Positions 1 to 10,428 of a stretch of 64,000 bases of DNA are shown in pieces; position 1 is the stretch's first letter; each line of letters starts with the position of its first letter. Both the position numbers and the translations under genes were made by a program. The notes under the pieces were generated by a model. That model saw only the letters and a program-made list of their open reading frames with translations. It was not told the DNA's origin and did not search any database. The stretch is from sequence record NC_028999.1; one strand, given 5' to 3'.

Positions 1-12
1 TGTCTAGACATA

Positions 13-384
13 ATGCAAAAGGACTTTTTCATGCCTTTATACCAAGCGATTCAACCGCTTATTGAAGCACATCCTTGGACCAAGAACGGTGATCACCCAA
101 TGGATCGTACCGTTAATAACATCAACGAAGGGGCCGTCGTAGGGCGACATCCTTCTAGTTGGGACCCCACAGGTGACACGGTTTGTAAAACGTGTGATCG
201 TCCCATGAGAGAACACGGTATCCTGAAAATTGCCGCTAAAGATAGCCCATCTGTGGTCTGTCCAGGCGATTATATTGAAACAATACGTGATCCGAAACAA
301 CGGATCATGGGTTATCGCCTACACCACAAGAAAAGCTTTGAGTCTAAGTTTGAAAAAGTAATCACACAAAAGGTTAAGAAATGA
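13..384 (+). CDS. Hypothetical phage protein with CxxC...HG...VCPGD motif (putative metal binding)
   Basis: 123-aa ORF containing VCKTCDRPMREHG and VVCPGDYI; its stop overlaps the next start (TAAATGA-type coupling). Confidence 0.7.
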   Translation: MQKDFFMPLYQAIQPLIEAHPWTKNGDHPMDRTVNNINEGAVVGRHPSSWDPTGDTVCKTCDRPMREHGILKIAAKDSPSVVCPGDYIETIRDPKQRIMGYRLHHKKSFESKFEKVITQKVKK

Positions 385-974
385 CTGACGTCGCCTACCC
401 CTACCTGGAAACCTCCACTCTGTTTGACAATATCGTCAAAGGGCAGATTCTTGAACCAGATGCAGAGAGTCCCCAACTGAGTCATGTTCTGAAGATTACC
501 GATGCGGCTGGTATTGGCCACGAGGTAACGTTCTTCCAGTTATCGATTCTGTTGGCTATTTTGCAAGGCAATAAACATGAGCTGACTGACAATCAACCAC
601 ATCAATATCTGGTCAACCAATGGGTGCTGACTGATCTGCACAACATCTACGATGAAGGCTACGTGATGACCTCTCATCGGGTTATCGTAGATCACGTTGA
701 AGAAGTCGCTACCTTCACAGGTACTCTGGTACACCAGAAGACAATCCGTTCCCACCCGAACTGGCAGGAAGGCTTCACCGCACCGGTTAAAGAATTTGAG
801 TTCAATCTGGAGAACTTCGGGATTTTCCATCAGATCGTTTTCAGTCAGTGTATTGCTAACCTGACTCCGGAACTGGACTGGGTGGCGCGCACCTTCGGTC
901 ATTCGTACATCTTTGAGATGGAAGGGCGTAACGTTCGAGTAGCTAGCATTCAGGAAGAAGGAACCACTGAATGA
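381..974 (+). CDS. chmB: Probable ChmB (phiPA3/phiKZ gp2-like), chimallin-interacting nuclear-shell protein
   Basis: 197-aa ORF, second gene and upstream of DHFR, as recalled for gp2/ChmB of phiKZ-like phages. Positional assignment only, no motif evidence. Confidence 0.6.
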   Translation: MTDVAYPYLETSTLFDNIVKGQILEPDAESPQLSHVLKITDAAGIGHEVTFFQLSILLAILQGNKHELTDNQPHQYLVNQWVLTDLHNIYDEGYVMTSHRVIVDHVEEVATFTGTLVHQKTIRSHPNWQEGFTAPVKEFEFNLENFGIFHQIVFSQCIANLTPELDWVARTFGHSYIFEMEGRNVRVASIQEEGTTE

Positions 975-1492
975 AGCTTGCGTTAATCGTAGCTGCTTCT
1001 AAGAACGAGGTCATCGGTGTGAATGGGGAAATCCCATGGCACATCCCCGAAGACTTCAAATGGTTCAAAGAGAAAACCTTGGGCCATCCAGTGATCATGG
1101 GTCGTAAGACCTGGGAATCCATTGGTCGTCCTTTGCCGGGTCGTCTGAATATCGTGGTCAGTTCTACGATGACGCGTGGCCACGAGAACATCATCGTCGT
1201 ACCGACTCTACAAGCTGGTATTAAGCTGGCTGAAGAACAAGGTGCTGAGAAAGCCTTTGTGATCGGTGGGGAACGGATGTACCATGAAGCCCGTCCGTGG
1301 GTTAACGATATCTATCTGACACAAGTAGATACCCTGGTGGAGTACACGGCTGGAGCTGACGTGGCTAAGTTCCCCATTCGTCATCAGTTCCCTCCGGTAC
1401 ATTGGCGTCTTCAATCTGGCGTCAAAGGTGTGACTCAAGCAGAACGTAATCCGGGACTGGGTTATGAACTCCAGCATTGGGTAAGGAGATAA
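971..1492 (+). CDS. folA: Dihydrofolate reductase
   Basis: LIVAASKNEVIG..IPWHIPEDFKWFKEKTLGHPVIMGRKTWESIGRPLPGRLNIVVS and FVIGGERMY are canonical DHFR motifs. Confidence 0.97.
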   Translation: MKLALIVAASKNEVIGVNGEIPWHIPEDFKWFKEKTLGHPVIMGRKTWESIGRPLPGRLNIVVSSTMTRGHENIIVVPTLQAGIKLAEEQGAEKAFVIGGERMYHEARPWVNDIYLTQVDTLVEYTAGADVAKFPIRHQFPPVHWRLQSGVKGVTQAERNPGLGYELQHWVRR

Positions 1493-1493
1493 C

Positions 1494-1709
1494 ATGTACC
1501 TGATCGGTTGTCTAGCTGCAATCGTAATGGTTGCCTCATTGATCTACATGATCGCTGGCTCTATTACCCAGGACTACCATGCACATTTCCACAAGATCTT
1601 TCCAGACAACTGGTCAGCTTATGGTCTCCGTTGGTTGTTCGGTAGCTGCGCAGTGATGTTGCTTACCTGGGGACCCCTTAAGGATATTTCCTTAACGGTG
1701 TGTCATTAA
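1494..1709 (+). CDS. Small membrane protein (two hydrophobic segments)
   Basis: 71 aa; LIGCLAAIVMVASLIYMIAG and WLFGSCAVMLLTWG; upstream AAGGAG. Confidence 0.7.
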   Translation: MYLIGCLAAIVMVASLIYMIAGSITQDYHAHFHKIFPDNWSAYGLRWLFGSCAVMLLTWGPLKDISLTVCH

Positions 1710-1771
1710 CATATCGCCCAGCTTCGGCTGGGCTTTATGCCGCAATTTTATGCGGGGTTCATTATAAGGAA

Positions 1772-2272
1772 ATGGCTATGAGCGACTTCACAAGGTTCAG
1801 TGGTGACCTGGACACAACGTATGACAAGGCTGCTTCTAAAGAGCTGGGTAAAGATTACTGGCGAGTAACGACCGCGTTCGACTACAAGATCGGTTCGGAA
1901 GACTCTAACAAGAAAGTCTCGATTGCTAAAGGCTATCTGACTGATGGCGCTTCGGTTCCGTTCTTTCTGTGGTGGCTGTTGCCGGCCTGGGGTGAGTACG
2001 GCCAAGCAGCTGTCGTGCATGACAAGCTCTGTGAGACATGGAAGATTATTGAGATTGTTGAAGGTAACGAAATCGAGCGAGACATTGATCGGGCCGAGTG
2101 TGATCGCATTCTCTATGAAGCGATGCGAGTACTGGAAGTAGAAGCCTGGCGGCGTGTGGCTATTCAGATTGGAGTAGACCTGTATCGGTTCCTGCGGCGT
2201 CCATCCAAACCAACCAAGAACAAAAAGAAGCTCCAACTCGAAAAGGGCTATGGACTTCCTGTTGCAGCTTGA
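1772..2272 (+). CDS. DUF1353-family protein
   Basis: KGYLTDGASVPFFLWWLLPAWGEYGQAAVVHDKL matches the DUF1353 pattern (TDxASVP...AAvvHD); ATG 1772 follows AAGGA. Confidence 0.8.
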   Translation: MAMSDFTRFSGDLDTTYDKAASKELGKDYWRVTTAFDYKIGSEDSNKKVSIAKGYLTDGASVPFFLWWLLPAWGEYGQAAVVHDKLCETWKIIEIVEGNEIERDIDRAECDRILYEAMRVLEVEAWRRVAIQIGVDLYRFLRRPSKPTKNKKKLQLEKGYGLPVAA

Positions 2273-2279
2273 TATACTG

Positions 2280-2304
2280 GCCTCTCCTTCGGGAGAGGCT
2301 TTTT
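2280..2304 (+). terminator. Intrinsic terminator (UUCG loop)
   Basis: GCCTCTCC-TTCG-GGAGAGGC followed by TTTT. Confidence 0.85.
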
Positions 2305-2326
2305 ATATTCGAAGTGTTTAAAAGCC

Positions 2327-2334
2327 TATATTAC
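2327..2334 (+). promoter_or_regulatory. phiKZ-type early promoter TATATTAC
   Basis: Exact TATATTAC with AT-rich upstream, directly after a terminator and before a small ORF. Confidence 0.75.
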
Positions 2335-2387
2335 AACCGTGATGTTCAAGAGAATATCATCGATCCAAAACCAAAAGGAGCTTTACT

Positions 2388-2612
2388 TTGGATAAATTAA
2401 GACTCATGAACAGCATGACGCTTCTGGTTCTTCGAGGGCAGCGTCAAATCCAATTGCCTCGCTATCGTCTGGTGGTGATGCAAGATGGAATCAACGTCTA
2501 CAAAGACGGTGTGCTGGTTGAGAAGCTGGAGCATGAAAAAGCTCCAGAGATGCCAACCGATGAACTGCAAACGGTTCTGGACCTCGCCATCGAGGTCACG
2601 GCAAAGTTCTAA
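2388..2612 (+). CDS. Small hypothetical early protein
   Basis: 74-aa ORF with AAGGAG before a TTG start; lies between a promoter and a terminator. Confidence 0.7.
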   Translation: MDKLRLMNSMTLLVLRGQRQIQLPRYRLVVMQDGINVYKDGVLVEKLEHEKAPEMPTDELQTVLDLAIEVTAKF

Positions 2613-2620
2613 CACTACGG

Positions 2621-2692
2621 CCCTCTCCTTCGGGAGAGGGCTTTATGCCATATTTTTTTTGCGTTATAAAGCCCCTCCATTACGGAGGGGCC
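2621..2692. terminator. Pair of convergent terminators
   Basis: CCCTCTCC-TTCG-GGAGAGGG (2621-2640) and GCCCCTCC-ATTAC-GGAGGGGC (2671-2691) between convergent genes. Confidence 0.8.
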
Positions 2693-2708
2693 ATATGTCG
2701 TTTTTCTT

Positions 2709-4910
2709 TTACCAGCTAAAACTATTGGCGTGGCGTCGAGTCCGTTCAGTGCCGTAGATACGGTCATCACGGAAACGATTAGTCCGCACTTTACGGGTAC
2801 GTTCATCCTTGACCTGTTTGATCATGGCGTCAATACCCACGCCAGCTTGTTCTTCCAAGTCAATGTGTTTCGACAGGGAACGTAGACGCATCTCCAACTT
2901 AGTGATAACGAATGGGTTGGCTTCAGCTTTAAGCTGTTCCAGCAATTCATCAAACTCGGCTTTCTGTTGTTTCTTCTTGTCTTCCTTATACTTCTCCAGA
3001 GCGGTAGGTTCTGTGTCACGCAGAACAGCGCGAGAGAAGATAGTTGACGGGTTAATACCGTAGTAGGACAAGTGTTGGCCACGGATCAATACCCAGTGAG
3101 CCAGCAACATCGATACGACCATGTCATCATGATTATCGCGAGTGTGGTCAATCCGACCATTCTTGATAATCATAGCCAGTAGCTCAACAATAAGCTGTTT
3201 GTCTTTCATCCGACGAGAACCAAACTCCATCGAGCTTGGAAGGGCTTCTAAGAACAAGCTGTTACGAGAATAACGACCACCACCAGAAGTATTGAAACCG
3301 AAGTAACGCTTGAAGCGATCGTAGAACCCAGCGTGCCGCATAGACAGCGGAGTTTGGATATCACGGAACTCAGATTCAAGTACTGTGTGTTCATCCACAA
3401 TCCGGTTAAAGATACGTTTGAATGGGTCAATACCGACTTTGTGTAGCTCAAGGATAACAATGTCAATCAGAGCTGTACCCATCGACTTGCGTTCAGGAAC
3501 CCACAGGATGTTTGGGTATTTGATCAGCATCTGAGCAAAGAACTTAGCTAGAACCGGAACCGAAGTTTCGTTATAGCGACCAGCACAAATCACTTCGTGG
3601 GTTTCAACGTCAATCACTACAGCACCAGTAGCATCGTTGTCTTTACCGAGTAGTTCACTCGGGTCAGTACCCATGACAAATCTACCATTAGCCATTCTCA
3701 ATTCAATTTCTGGTTTCGGTATGTACCAACGTAAGGCGTAACCGTCAGCTGTCAGTTCAGTCCACAGTGGTTCGTTCTCAGATTCCTTCAGTTGTTTCTT
3801 CTGCTCGGGGCTTAGCGGAGAACCTTCACCCCCCACAGTCCAGACATTGAAGAAGTCGCGGTCTGCAATTTCCCCGAACGAACCAGATTCACGTAGTGTA
3901 TTGAACATCCATTGATCATCGCGTCCCAACTGTCTATGGTTAAACGCACCATAGATCAGAGGCTTCTTACCGGTCGAGCCTTTCTCTACCACCAGATGAA
4001 GCGCACGTTCGTTTGGTAGGTCAAAGTAAGATTCATCCCAGATTGCCCCACCCGTCAGGAACTTGTGAGCGAACTCACCATCACGTGTAGTGATGTTACC
4101 CGCGGTAGTTGTGAAGATGTTACCGTAAGGTTGGTTATTCATTCGCGCTTCGTCACGTGCAGCAGAACCTGACGCCAGTGCTACCGGAAGCGATACTTCA
4201 ATCAAGTTGATGTAGGCAAATTCGTCAAACTGCATGATTGGTACAGTAAGACCACGACCCAGTTTGTCTGCGGCAATACGGTCGTTACGACCTACAGCTG
4301 ATTTGTAACGATTACCAAGACGAACACATGTGAGCATCTCGGAATTGTCCACGTCATCACGGCTGATCATGTCGATGTAATCCGGGAGCAGTTCCCGCAT
4401 CTCTTTCAAACGCTCAATGTTCGCATTTCGCAGTTTGTTATCTTTCGTGATCAGGTTAATCGTGGTTTTCTCACCCCAGATATACATCATGCCGGTGTTG
4501 AGAATGTCAGTGGATACTGATTTACCTGTCTGACGTGGTTGAAGTAGTCCGAAGTCAACATGGTTAAAGAAACTCCAGTACAGTGCAATGTTTCCCCGAT
4601 TGGCACGGAACCTAGCTGGAACGCTACCAGAAGTCGCCGGCACACGAGCCACCTCACGGAAGTAATACCACGGGTTATATTTGCACTCTAAAGCGATCTT
4701 TATTTTGGTTGCGTCGTCCAAGTTCGGGTCGTATGGATCAACTCCCTGAAGATCTGGCTGAAGCAATGCAAGAATGAATTTCCAGTTCTCAACTTTCAGT
4801 TTATTCTTGTAAAGATCTGCGAGTTTTAGGAAGGTCTTATTTGAAGTTTTGGTGTCTGCAATGGCGGTTGGGAAGCGTTCCCAATCGCTGCGGAATAAAA
4901 TAACATCCAT
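2709..4910 (-). CDS. terL: Terminase large subunit (phiKZ gp25-like)
   Basis: Walker A LQPRQTGKS, Walker B IMQFDEFAY, RNaseH-like nuclease residues in MGTDPS, WVPERKS and HDDMVVS. Confidence 0.93.
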   Translation of the reverse strand: MDVILFRSDWERFPTAIADTKTSNKTFLKLADLYKNKLKVENWKFILALLQPDLQGVDPYDPNLDDATKIKIALECKYNPWYYFREVARVPATSGSVPARFRANRGNIALYWSFFNHVDFGLLQPRQTGKSVSTDILNTGMMYIWGEKTTINLITKDNKLRNANIERLKEMRELLPDYIDMISRDDVDNSEMLTCVRLGNRYKSAVGRNDRIAADKLGRGLTVPIMQFDEFAYINLIEVSLPVALASGSAARDEARMNNQPYGNIFTTTAGNITTRDGEFAHKFLTGGAIWDESYFDLPNERALHLVVEKGSTGKKPLIYGAFNHRQLGRDDQWMFNTLRESGSFGEIADRDFFNVWTVGGEGSPLSPEQKKQLKESENEPLWTELTADGYALRWYIPKPEIELRMANGRFVMGTDPSELLGKDNDATGAVVIDVETHEVICAGRYNETSVPVLAKFFAQMLIKYPNILWVPERKSMGTALIDIVILELHKVGIDPFKRIFNRIVDEHTVLESEFRDIQTPLSMRHAGFYDRFKRYFGFNTSGGGRYSRNSLFLEALPSSMEFGSRRMKDKQLIVELLAMIIKNGRIDHTRDNHDDMVVSMLLAHWVLIRGQHLSYYGINPSTIFSRAVLRDTEPTALEKYKEDKKKQQKAEFDELLEQLKAEANPFVITKLEMRLRSLSKHIDLEEQAGVGIDAMIKQVKDERTRKVRTNRFRDDRIYGTERTRRHANSFSW

Positions 4911-4954
4911 GATGCTTTCCTTAGAATAAGCATAGCTCTATACCGTTAGGGCAT

Positions 4955-4978
4955 AAAAGCCCCGCCAATAGCGGGGCT
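4955..4978 (-). terminator. Terminator hairpin between the baseplate gene and terL
   Basis: On the minus strand AGCCCCGC-TATTG-GCGGGGCT followed by TTT and TATG. Confidence 0.7.
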
Positions 4979-4989
4979 CGTATGTTTTG

Positions 4990-6648
4990 TTACGACCTAC
5001 GGTATACTGGGACAGCAGTCATAGCCAGCTGTAAGTCCTGCGATGCGAGACGTTTAATCCACTGTATATACAAGAGTTCACCATTGTTCAGCAGATCGTT
5101 GTTAACCCGCAGAACCTGGTTCCATTGCTCAACCGAGAACTCGTACGTGTTGTGCAGGAAGATACAACGGAAGTGAGTCGGGGTTGGTGCCACGGCTTCA
5201 GAAGCCGGGTTGACCAACGGCTCAGCCGCCTCGTACATCTTGCGTAGCCACGCTTCTTTGGTACTGGCACCGTTTGCCAAACGCAGATCCCATGCGTTGG
5301 TCTGAATGTAATCCAGATCAGCAATGAGATCACGGCCATAGCTGGCACCGGAGTCTGGACGCGGGTAGACTTCCCACTTCGCTTGAGTCTCACCCGATTG
5401 CAGCAAGGCAATCTGGAAGGTCGTGGTGAAGCGGTGAGGTGCAAAGCGACCATCAACCTTGTTCAGGTTAACAGCGTATTGCAGTGTCTGAAGAGTACCA
5501 TAGGCTTTCGGGTCGTACGGAGCCGAGTTGGTACCCAGTTCCACCAGAGCGGTAACGTTGTAGAAACGTGCACGATCCAGGTTGTACAGCCAGAACTCCA
5601 GACGGTAACCGGTGATAGCGTTGACCCATACTGGATAGACGAACAGACGACACTCATAAGCGCCATCAGCTGCTACCGTACGAGCTACGTAGTTCTCAGT
5701 AACCGAGCGATCAGCCGTTGGAGTAAGGGCGTAAGAGATCTCATCTTCGGCCAGCTTGTATACCAGCGTTAGAGGGAACTCTTGATCAATCTCGGTAGCG
5801 ATGTAATTCTCCAGACCCAACAGAGACATTTGGGTGGTGTTAATACCCAGACGAATCTGATTCCCGCCACGGTACGTTACCACACCGGTCATCGGGAGCG
5901 ACTCAACAGTAACGTTAAGTGGGAACTCGATTACCTTCGGATCAGAAGCAGACAGGAACGGAGTATCAATGGAGATACCCTTGACGTAACGTTTTGACTT
6001 GTCGGATTGGCGAATGGCTTCAGTATTCTGAATAAGAAGCTGGGCAATCGAAACCACCCCACCCTTATCGTCATACGCTACCAGTGTAACCTTCTCACCG
6101 TCGGTCAGTTCTTCAGCAGTGAATCCAACCATCGGAGCTTTGATGACCGTCTGAGCACTACCCGGTACCGGTACAGTTTCAACCGGTATCATCGGACCCA
6201 TGTATTCACCCGAGGGATCGTAGAAGGCCGAAATGATCTTACCGAACTCTTCCGAGATATCACTACCCAGGAAGACTTTGTAGCCAGCGACCATCGAACC
6301 ATAGAAATGTAACCGACGATCAGGGGCTAAGGTGTGAGGGGTAACCGAGGTGTCCAGGAAGCAACGATAACTTTCCGAACTGTAACCTGGACCAACACCC
6401 ACCAGAACGTTTTCATCGCCATCAGGATCACTGGCCGCCGGTGGAGACCACGGAGCCAGTTTAGCAATGTAGGTACCCAGTTCCAGTTCCGTTACACGGA
6501 AGAAACCTTGTGCCCAGTCTACGACACCATCCCCAACATTGGGGATGTATTTATCGGTCTGACCTACTTCCTGCTTAATCTGATCCCGACTCCACCAACG
6601 GAACGATCGAGTGGGATCATAAAAGTTTGTTTTGTCATAATCAGCCAT
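4990..6648 (-). CDS. Virion structural (baseplate-region) protein, phiKZ gp26-like
   Basis: 552 aa, beta-rich, in conserved synteny between terL and the tail sheath. Confidence 0.7.
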   Translation of the reverse strand: MADYDKTNFYDPTRSFRWWSRDQIKQEVGQTDKYIPNVGDGVVDWAQGFFRVTELELGTYIAKLAPWSPPAASDPDGDENVLVGVGPGYSSESYRCFLDTSVTPHTLAPDRRLHFYGSMVAGYKVFLGSDISEEFGKIISAFYDPSGEYMGPMIPVETVPVPGSAQTVIKAPMVGFTAEELTDGEKVTLVAYDDKGGVVSIAQLLIQNTEAIRQSDKSKRYVKGISIDTPFLSASDPKVIEFPLNVTVESLPMTGVVTYRGGNQIRLGINTTQMSLLGLENYIATEIDQEFPLTLVYKLAEDEISYALTPTADRSVTENYVARTVAADGAYECRLFVYPVWVNAITGYRLEFWLYNLDRARFYNVTALVELGTNSAPYDPKAYGTLQTLQYAVNLNKVDGRFAPHRFTTTFQIALLQSGETQAKWEVYPRPDSGASYGRDLIADLDYIQTNAWDLRLANGASTKEAWLRKMYEAAEPLVNPASEAVAPTPTHFRCIFLHNTYEFSVEQWNQVLRVNNDLLNNGELLYIQWIKRLASQDLQLAMTAVPVYRRS

Positions 6649-6663
6649 GTGATTACGTCCTCG

Positions 6664-9348
6664 TTAAGAAACGGTAAAGAATGGGGAGATATCCATCGGC
6701 TGACGTAGATACAGCTTAATGATCCTGACGTAGTAGTCATACTCATCGCTGGTCAAACTCACCGGGGAAGTCTCCCAATGTGGGAAAACTTTCACATGGT
6801 TGGTGTTGTAACCGTTGTTGAGGATGTCGTACTCTTGTAACCACTCGTAAGACTTGAGTTGGTCTACGATGTCTTGATCTGAGTAATGACCATTGACAAA
6901 CGGAGGCTTGAGGTTACCATTCTTGATCTCTTTCACAATACGGTTCGAGAAAGCCGAATATACCGTGTAGTGATCAGTGATCAAGTCGTCGGACGTATGG
7001 ACTGTCTGACCGAAGTAAGCCGTCAAGTAATCGCTGGCTTGCTGGTCTTTCTCATCATCAATGATTCGGGCTTTAGTGTCCGTATCGTAAACGTCTTTGA
7101 AAGTAACCTGTGGGGTTTGGATCTGGAACGGGGCACCGTTACGCTCGCCGGGAGTGGTGAGTGTATTACGGTCTTCATCAAACACAATGTCCGCCGGATC
7201 TTTATAGTGTCCGTCAATGATAATTCTCTGCATCTTGTTGGTATGGATGTTGAACCTGGAGTCAGACGACACCAAACCATACTCGATGAAGCCAATTTCA
7301 CCCGGTGGATACTGCTTAAGATCAGTAGTACAGAAACCTGTACCACGAACCAGAACTGTGTTGATCCCACCTACATTACGATATTCAAGGTTAGACATCA
7401 CAGTACGTGTCCCTTTCTGGATATAGTCCAACCCACTGATAACCGGACGGTTATTCAGGAATACGTCGTACTGACCAAATGGGATTTCTAGCAGTTTGTT
7501 AACTGCCTCGCCATTATGGGTTTCCCAGTTATCCAAAGCCCACCAGATTAAGCCAGCATCGTCACTGAACCGCATTTCCTTCATGTAGAAGCGGTGATCA
7601 CGTCGAACATAGCCGTACCACTTCGTTGGATCGATAGTCCACTGCCAAATCGGTTCATCGCCTGTATTGTCCAAAAACCCCCAATCACTGCGGTTTTCTA
7701 ACTCCGTAATGTCTTTCCATTCATTGGTGACAACACCCGCCCACACAGGGGAGACATAGACACGGAAGTTATAACCGCCAGGAAGGGGTACAGGAGCGTT
7801 ACCATAAGTGCCATCAAGATCAGTCGAGCCTTGACCTGTGATCGCCTCGATCATCGCACAGTCGGCGTTTTGGATAGGCCAACGCTTACCCGCAGTATGG
7901 TAGTAATACCCCAACAGAATTCCTTGCGCATTATACTCGAAGATGGTGGCATCTTCCCAGTAGTTGTATGCAAGATCAGCATATCGCTGTGTCTGGTCGG
8001 TATAGACCTTACTCGGATTATGCGCTTGGATATTAGCCGCTTCGTGATAACCGAAGACATCTCCTGCAAAGTTCTGTGCTGCTACCTTACCACTGGAAGT
8101 TGCATCAGGATCTTGGAAAGCGATTGGGTAGATCACATCCGGATGAGCCGACATGAACTGAACATACGCTGCACGTTCTAAGTTCTCAGCTCGCCAGATC
8201 GGACAAGTAGCATCCGCGCCAGTCATAGCGCGAACGATGTCCTGATCTTTCAATCGATACAGTAGATTGATGCGAGATGATTCCGCTACCAATGGTCGAT
8301 CATAACCGGAATGGCGAATATACAAACGTAGTACCAATCCAGCTGTACCAGTCCACTTGTCAGAAGGCCACCGAGTTGGGTTAGCTGCATGTCGAGGATC
8401 TTCCGGATGGTTAACGATGAAGGTATCAATGCGCGCGACTGGGACTGAGTAGTCCTTGTGCGTCAGCATACGCATCCAATTACCTTCATTGTGATGGTAC
8501 ATAACACCCATGAACCGATCCGCCGTGGAACCAGTTTTGATTAGATAAGCATCGATATCATCGAAGTAATCTATCGTTTTTACTGTGGGGTCATTGTAGT
8601 GCAGGATGTACTTACGTTCTTGGTCGAGACTCGAATTAAACACCGGCAATGAGGAAATCGGGAAATCCACGACTTTCTTAATCGATGGGTCCAGTACGAA
8701 TTCACAATAGTCTCCGACGCCTGCGGTGGTGAGAGAGATCTCATTGACGATACGACCGTTAACGAAATACTGGGGATATCCACCCTTCTCTGCCACCAGA
8801 TCCATCAAGGTGATCTGGAATGCACGCAGTTCCGCATCTGATTTCGGTACGAGTGTCCGCACATCGATCCAACGTTTATTAGCATCACTGCTACGTTTTG
8901 ATTCGAAATAGGCGTTGGAATATACGTGTAGATAAGGTTTGAATGTATCGAGGTCTGGATACCGATCATTGATACGAACAGCAATGAGCAGGTTCTGACT
9001 CGATGTGATCATCAGGAAAGTTTCAGAGCGGGGGAATTGAATGCCACTTGTGACATACACCTCACTCAACAGCTGGTACGTATTGGCAAGAGCAGTAAGC
9101 GACATCCATTGATTCTTCAGTTTGGGTAAACCCATGAGCTGAGGAACCATTTGGCCGATCTGGTAAACATGCCAGAAGTCTTTAAAGCTTACGGTCGGTA
9201 AAGCAATACGTTCATGATCGACCACGTAGTTTCCCCGCACACCGTAGCGCGGGGTAAGTTGGCGAATTTCATAAACGTATTGTTTATCTTGCGTTGGGTT
9301 ACACCAGACTGTATCGATCGCATGACGCAAAAGATAGTCGTTCATCAT
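6664..9348 (-). CDS. Large virion structural (baseplate-region) protein, phiKZ gp27-like
   Basis: 894 aa starting MMNDYLLRHAIDTVWCNPTQD; conserved synteny. Confidence 0.7.
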   Translation of the reverse strand: MMNDYLLRHAIDTVWCNPTQDKQYVYEIRQLTPRYGVRGNYVVDHERIALPTVSFKDFWHVYQIGQMVPQLMGLPKLKNQWMSLTALANTYQLLSEVYVTSGIQFPRSETFLMITSSQNLLIAVRINDRYPDLDTFKPYLHVYSNAYFESKRSSDANKRWIDVRTLVPKSDAELRAFQITLMDLVAEKGGYPQYFVNGRIVNEISLTTAGVGDYCEFVLDPSIKKVVDFPISSLPVFNSSLDQERKYILHYNDPTVKTIDYFDDIDAYLIKTGSTADRFMGVMYHHNEGNWMRMLTHKDYSVPVARIDTFIVNHPEDPRHAANPTRWPSDKWTGTAGLVLRLYIRHSGYDRPLVAESSRINLLYRLKDQDIVRAMTGADATCPIWRAENLERAAYVQFMSAHPDVIYPIAFQDPDATSSGKVAAQNFAGDVFGYHEAANIQAHNPSKVYTDQTQRYADLAYNYWEDATIFEYNAQGILLGYYYHTAGKRWPIQNADCAMIEAITGQGSTDLDGTYGNAPVPLPGGYNFRVYVSPVWAGVVTNEWKDITELENRSDWGFLDNTGDEPIWQWTIDPTKWYGYVRRDHRFYMKEMRFSDDAGLIWWALDNWETHNGEAVNKLLEIPFGQYDVFLNNRPVISGLDYIQKGTRTVMSNLEYRNVGGINTVLVRGTGFCTTDLKQYPPGEIGFIEYGLVSSDSRFNIHTNKMQRIIIDGHYKDPADIVFDEDRNTLTTPGERNGAPFQIQTPQVTFKDVYDTDTKARIIDDEKDQQASDYLTAYFGQTVHTSDDLITDHYTVYSAFSNRIVKEIKNGNLKPPFVNGHYSDQDIVDQLKSYEWLQEYDILNNGYNTNHVKVFPHWETSPVSLTSDEYDYYVRIIKLYLRQPMDISPFFTVS

Positions 9349-9356
9349 TCACCCAG

Positions 9357-10298
9357 TCAAACTTGGTTAGAGAATTGTTCCGCAACTGCCTTGAAAACAA
9401 GGTCAGTGAACTGACGATCTTCATTACCCCGAGCAAGAGTTTCAGCTCGTTGGGTAATTACTGTTTTACGGTATGAGCGTTCCGCAAATGCCATATACAA
9501 CATCGCAGTAAATGTTGGCAAATGTTCAAGTGCTACACCTACGTTTTCACGGGCATTTACCCCGAACCACGAAGTCGATAGCAACAAGAACAAATCCGCG
9601 AACTTCAGGTCGCCTGTGCGGTCTTGACGAGAGTTCGTCGACATCTCATGGACAAGGTCAGTTGCATTACGTAGCGGACCCAATACGTCAGCGATATCCA
9701 TCACGAACTCAATCGGAACAGAAGTTGCTTTGGCGACGATCGGTGCAAAGCGGTGACGAAAGTCAACGTTTACATCACGAAGTTCCGGAACGCACATCGC
9801 ATAGAAGTAGTATGCAGTGATCACATACAGTGCCATCTGGGATTCCGGAGGCAGGTTGTATTTAGTAATCAATGCACCACTAACCCAACGGTTGAATACT
9901 TTAGCGGGCAGATCGCCCAGGCGGCTAAAGAATCCTTCGTCACCCAAGATCAGGCGATTGGTCAGTGCCAAACGAACACACTGGAATTGCCAGTCGTTAT
10001 TTGCAACCAATCTGTATTGCTCTGATCGCGGATCATATTTCATGTATTGGCGACTGTCTACAAGAAGGCGCGGTTTATTCGGTTCGCCGATATTGATAAT
10101 CTGAGTGAAGTTCTGAATATCTTCATGCTCATCTCGGGGCGTTACGAAACCAGAACTAGCCAACGTGTTTCCATGGGGTGTCATCACCGCAGGAAAAGGC
10201 AACGTTAGCTCTGCCCTTTTGACTTGATTGAAAAGTTGGTCAAGTTTGTTCTTGGGATAGATACTGCAAACAGTCGTCTGATACGGTAGTGTAAACAT
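9357..10298 (-). CDS. Virion structural protein, phiKZ gp28-like
   Basis: 313 aa, RBS GGAG, divergent from the sheath gene; synteny. Confidence 0.65.
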   Translation of the reverse strand: MFTLPYQTTVCSIYPKNKLDQLFNQVKRAELTLPFPAVMTPHGNTLASSGFVTPRDEHEDIQNFTQIINIGEPNKPRLLVDSRQYMKYDPRSEQYRLVANNDWQFQCVRLALTNRLILGDEGFFSRLGDLPAKVFNRWVSGALITKYNLPPESQMALYVITAYYFYAMCVPELRDVNVDFRHRFAPIVAKATSVPIEFVMDIADVLGPLRNATDLVHEMSTNSRQDRTGDLKFADLFLLLSTSWFGVNARENVGVALEHLPTFTAMLYMAFAERSYRKTVITQRAETLARGNEDRQFTDLVFKAVAEQFSNQV

Positions 10299-10428
10299 TA
10301 CCGTTACTCCTTAAAGGGTAGAAAAATTTAACTAGGGCAGCCATCTATGTTTAATATCTATGATTGACTGTTTTAGTTAACACTCATAACATCGAGTTTA
10401 AAGCTCCACATCTGGGAGAAACAAAGAG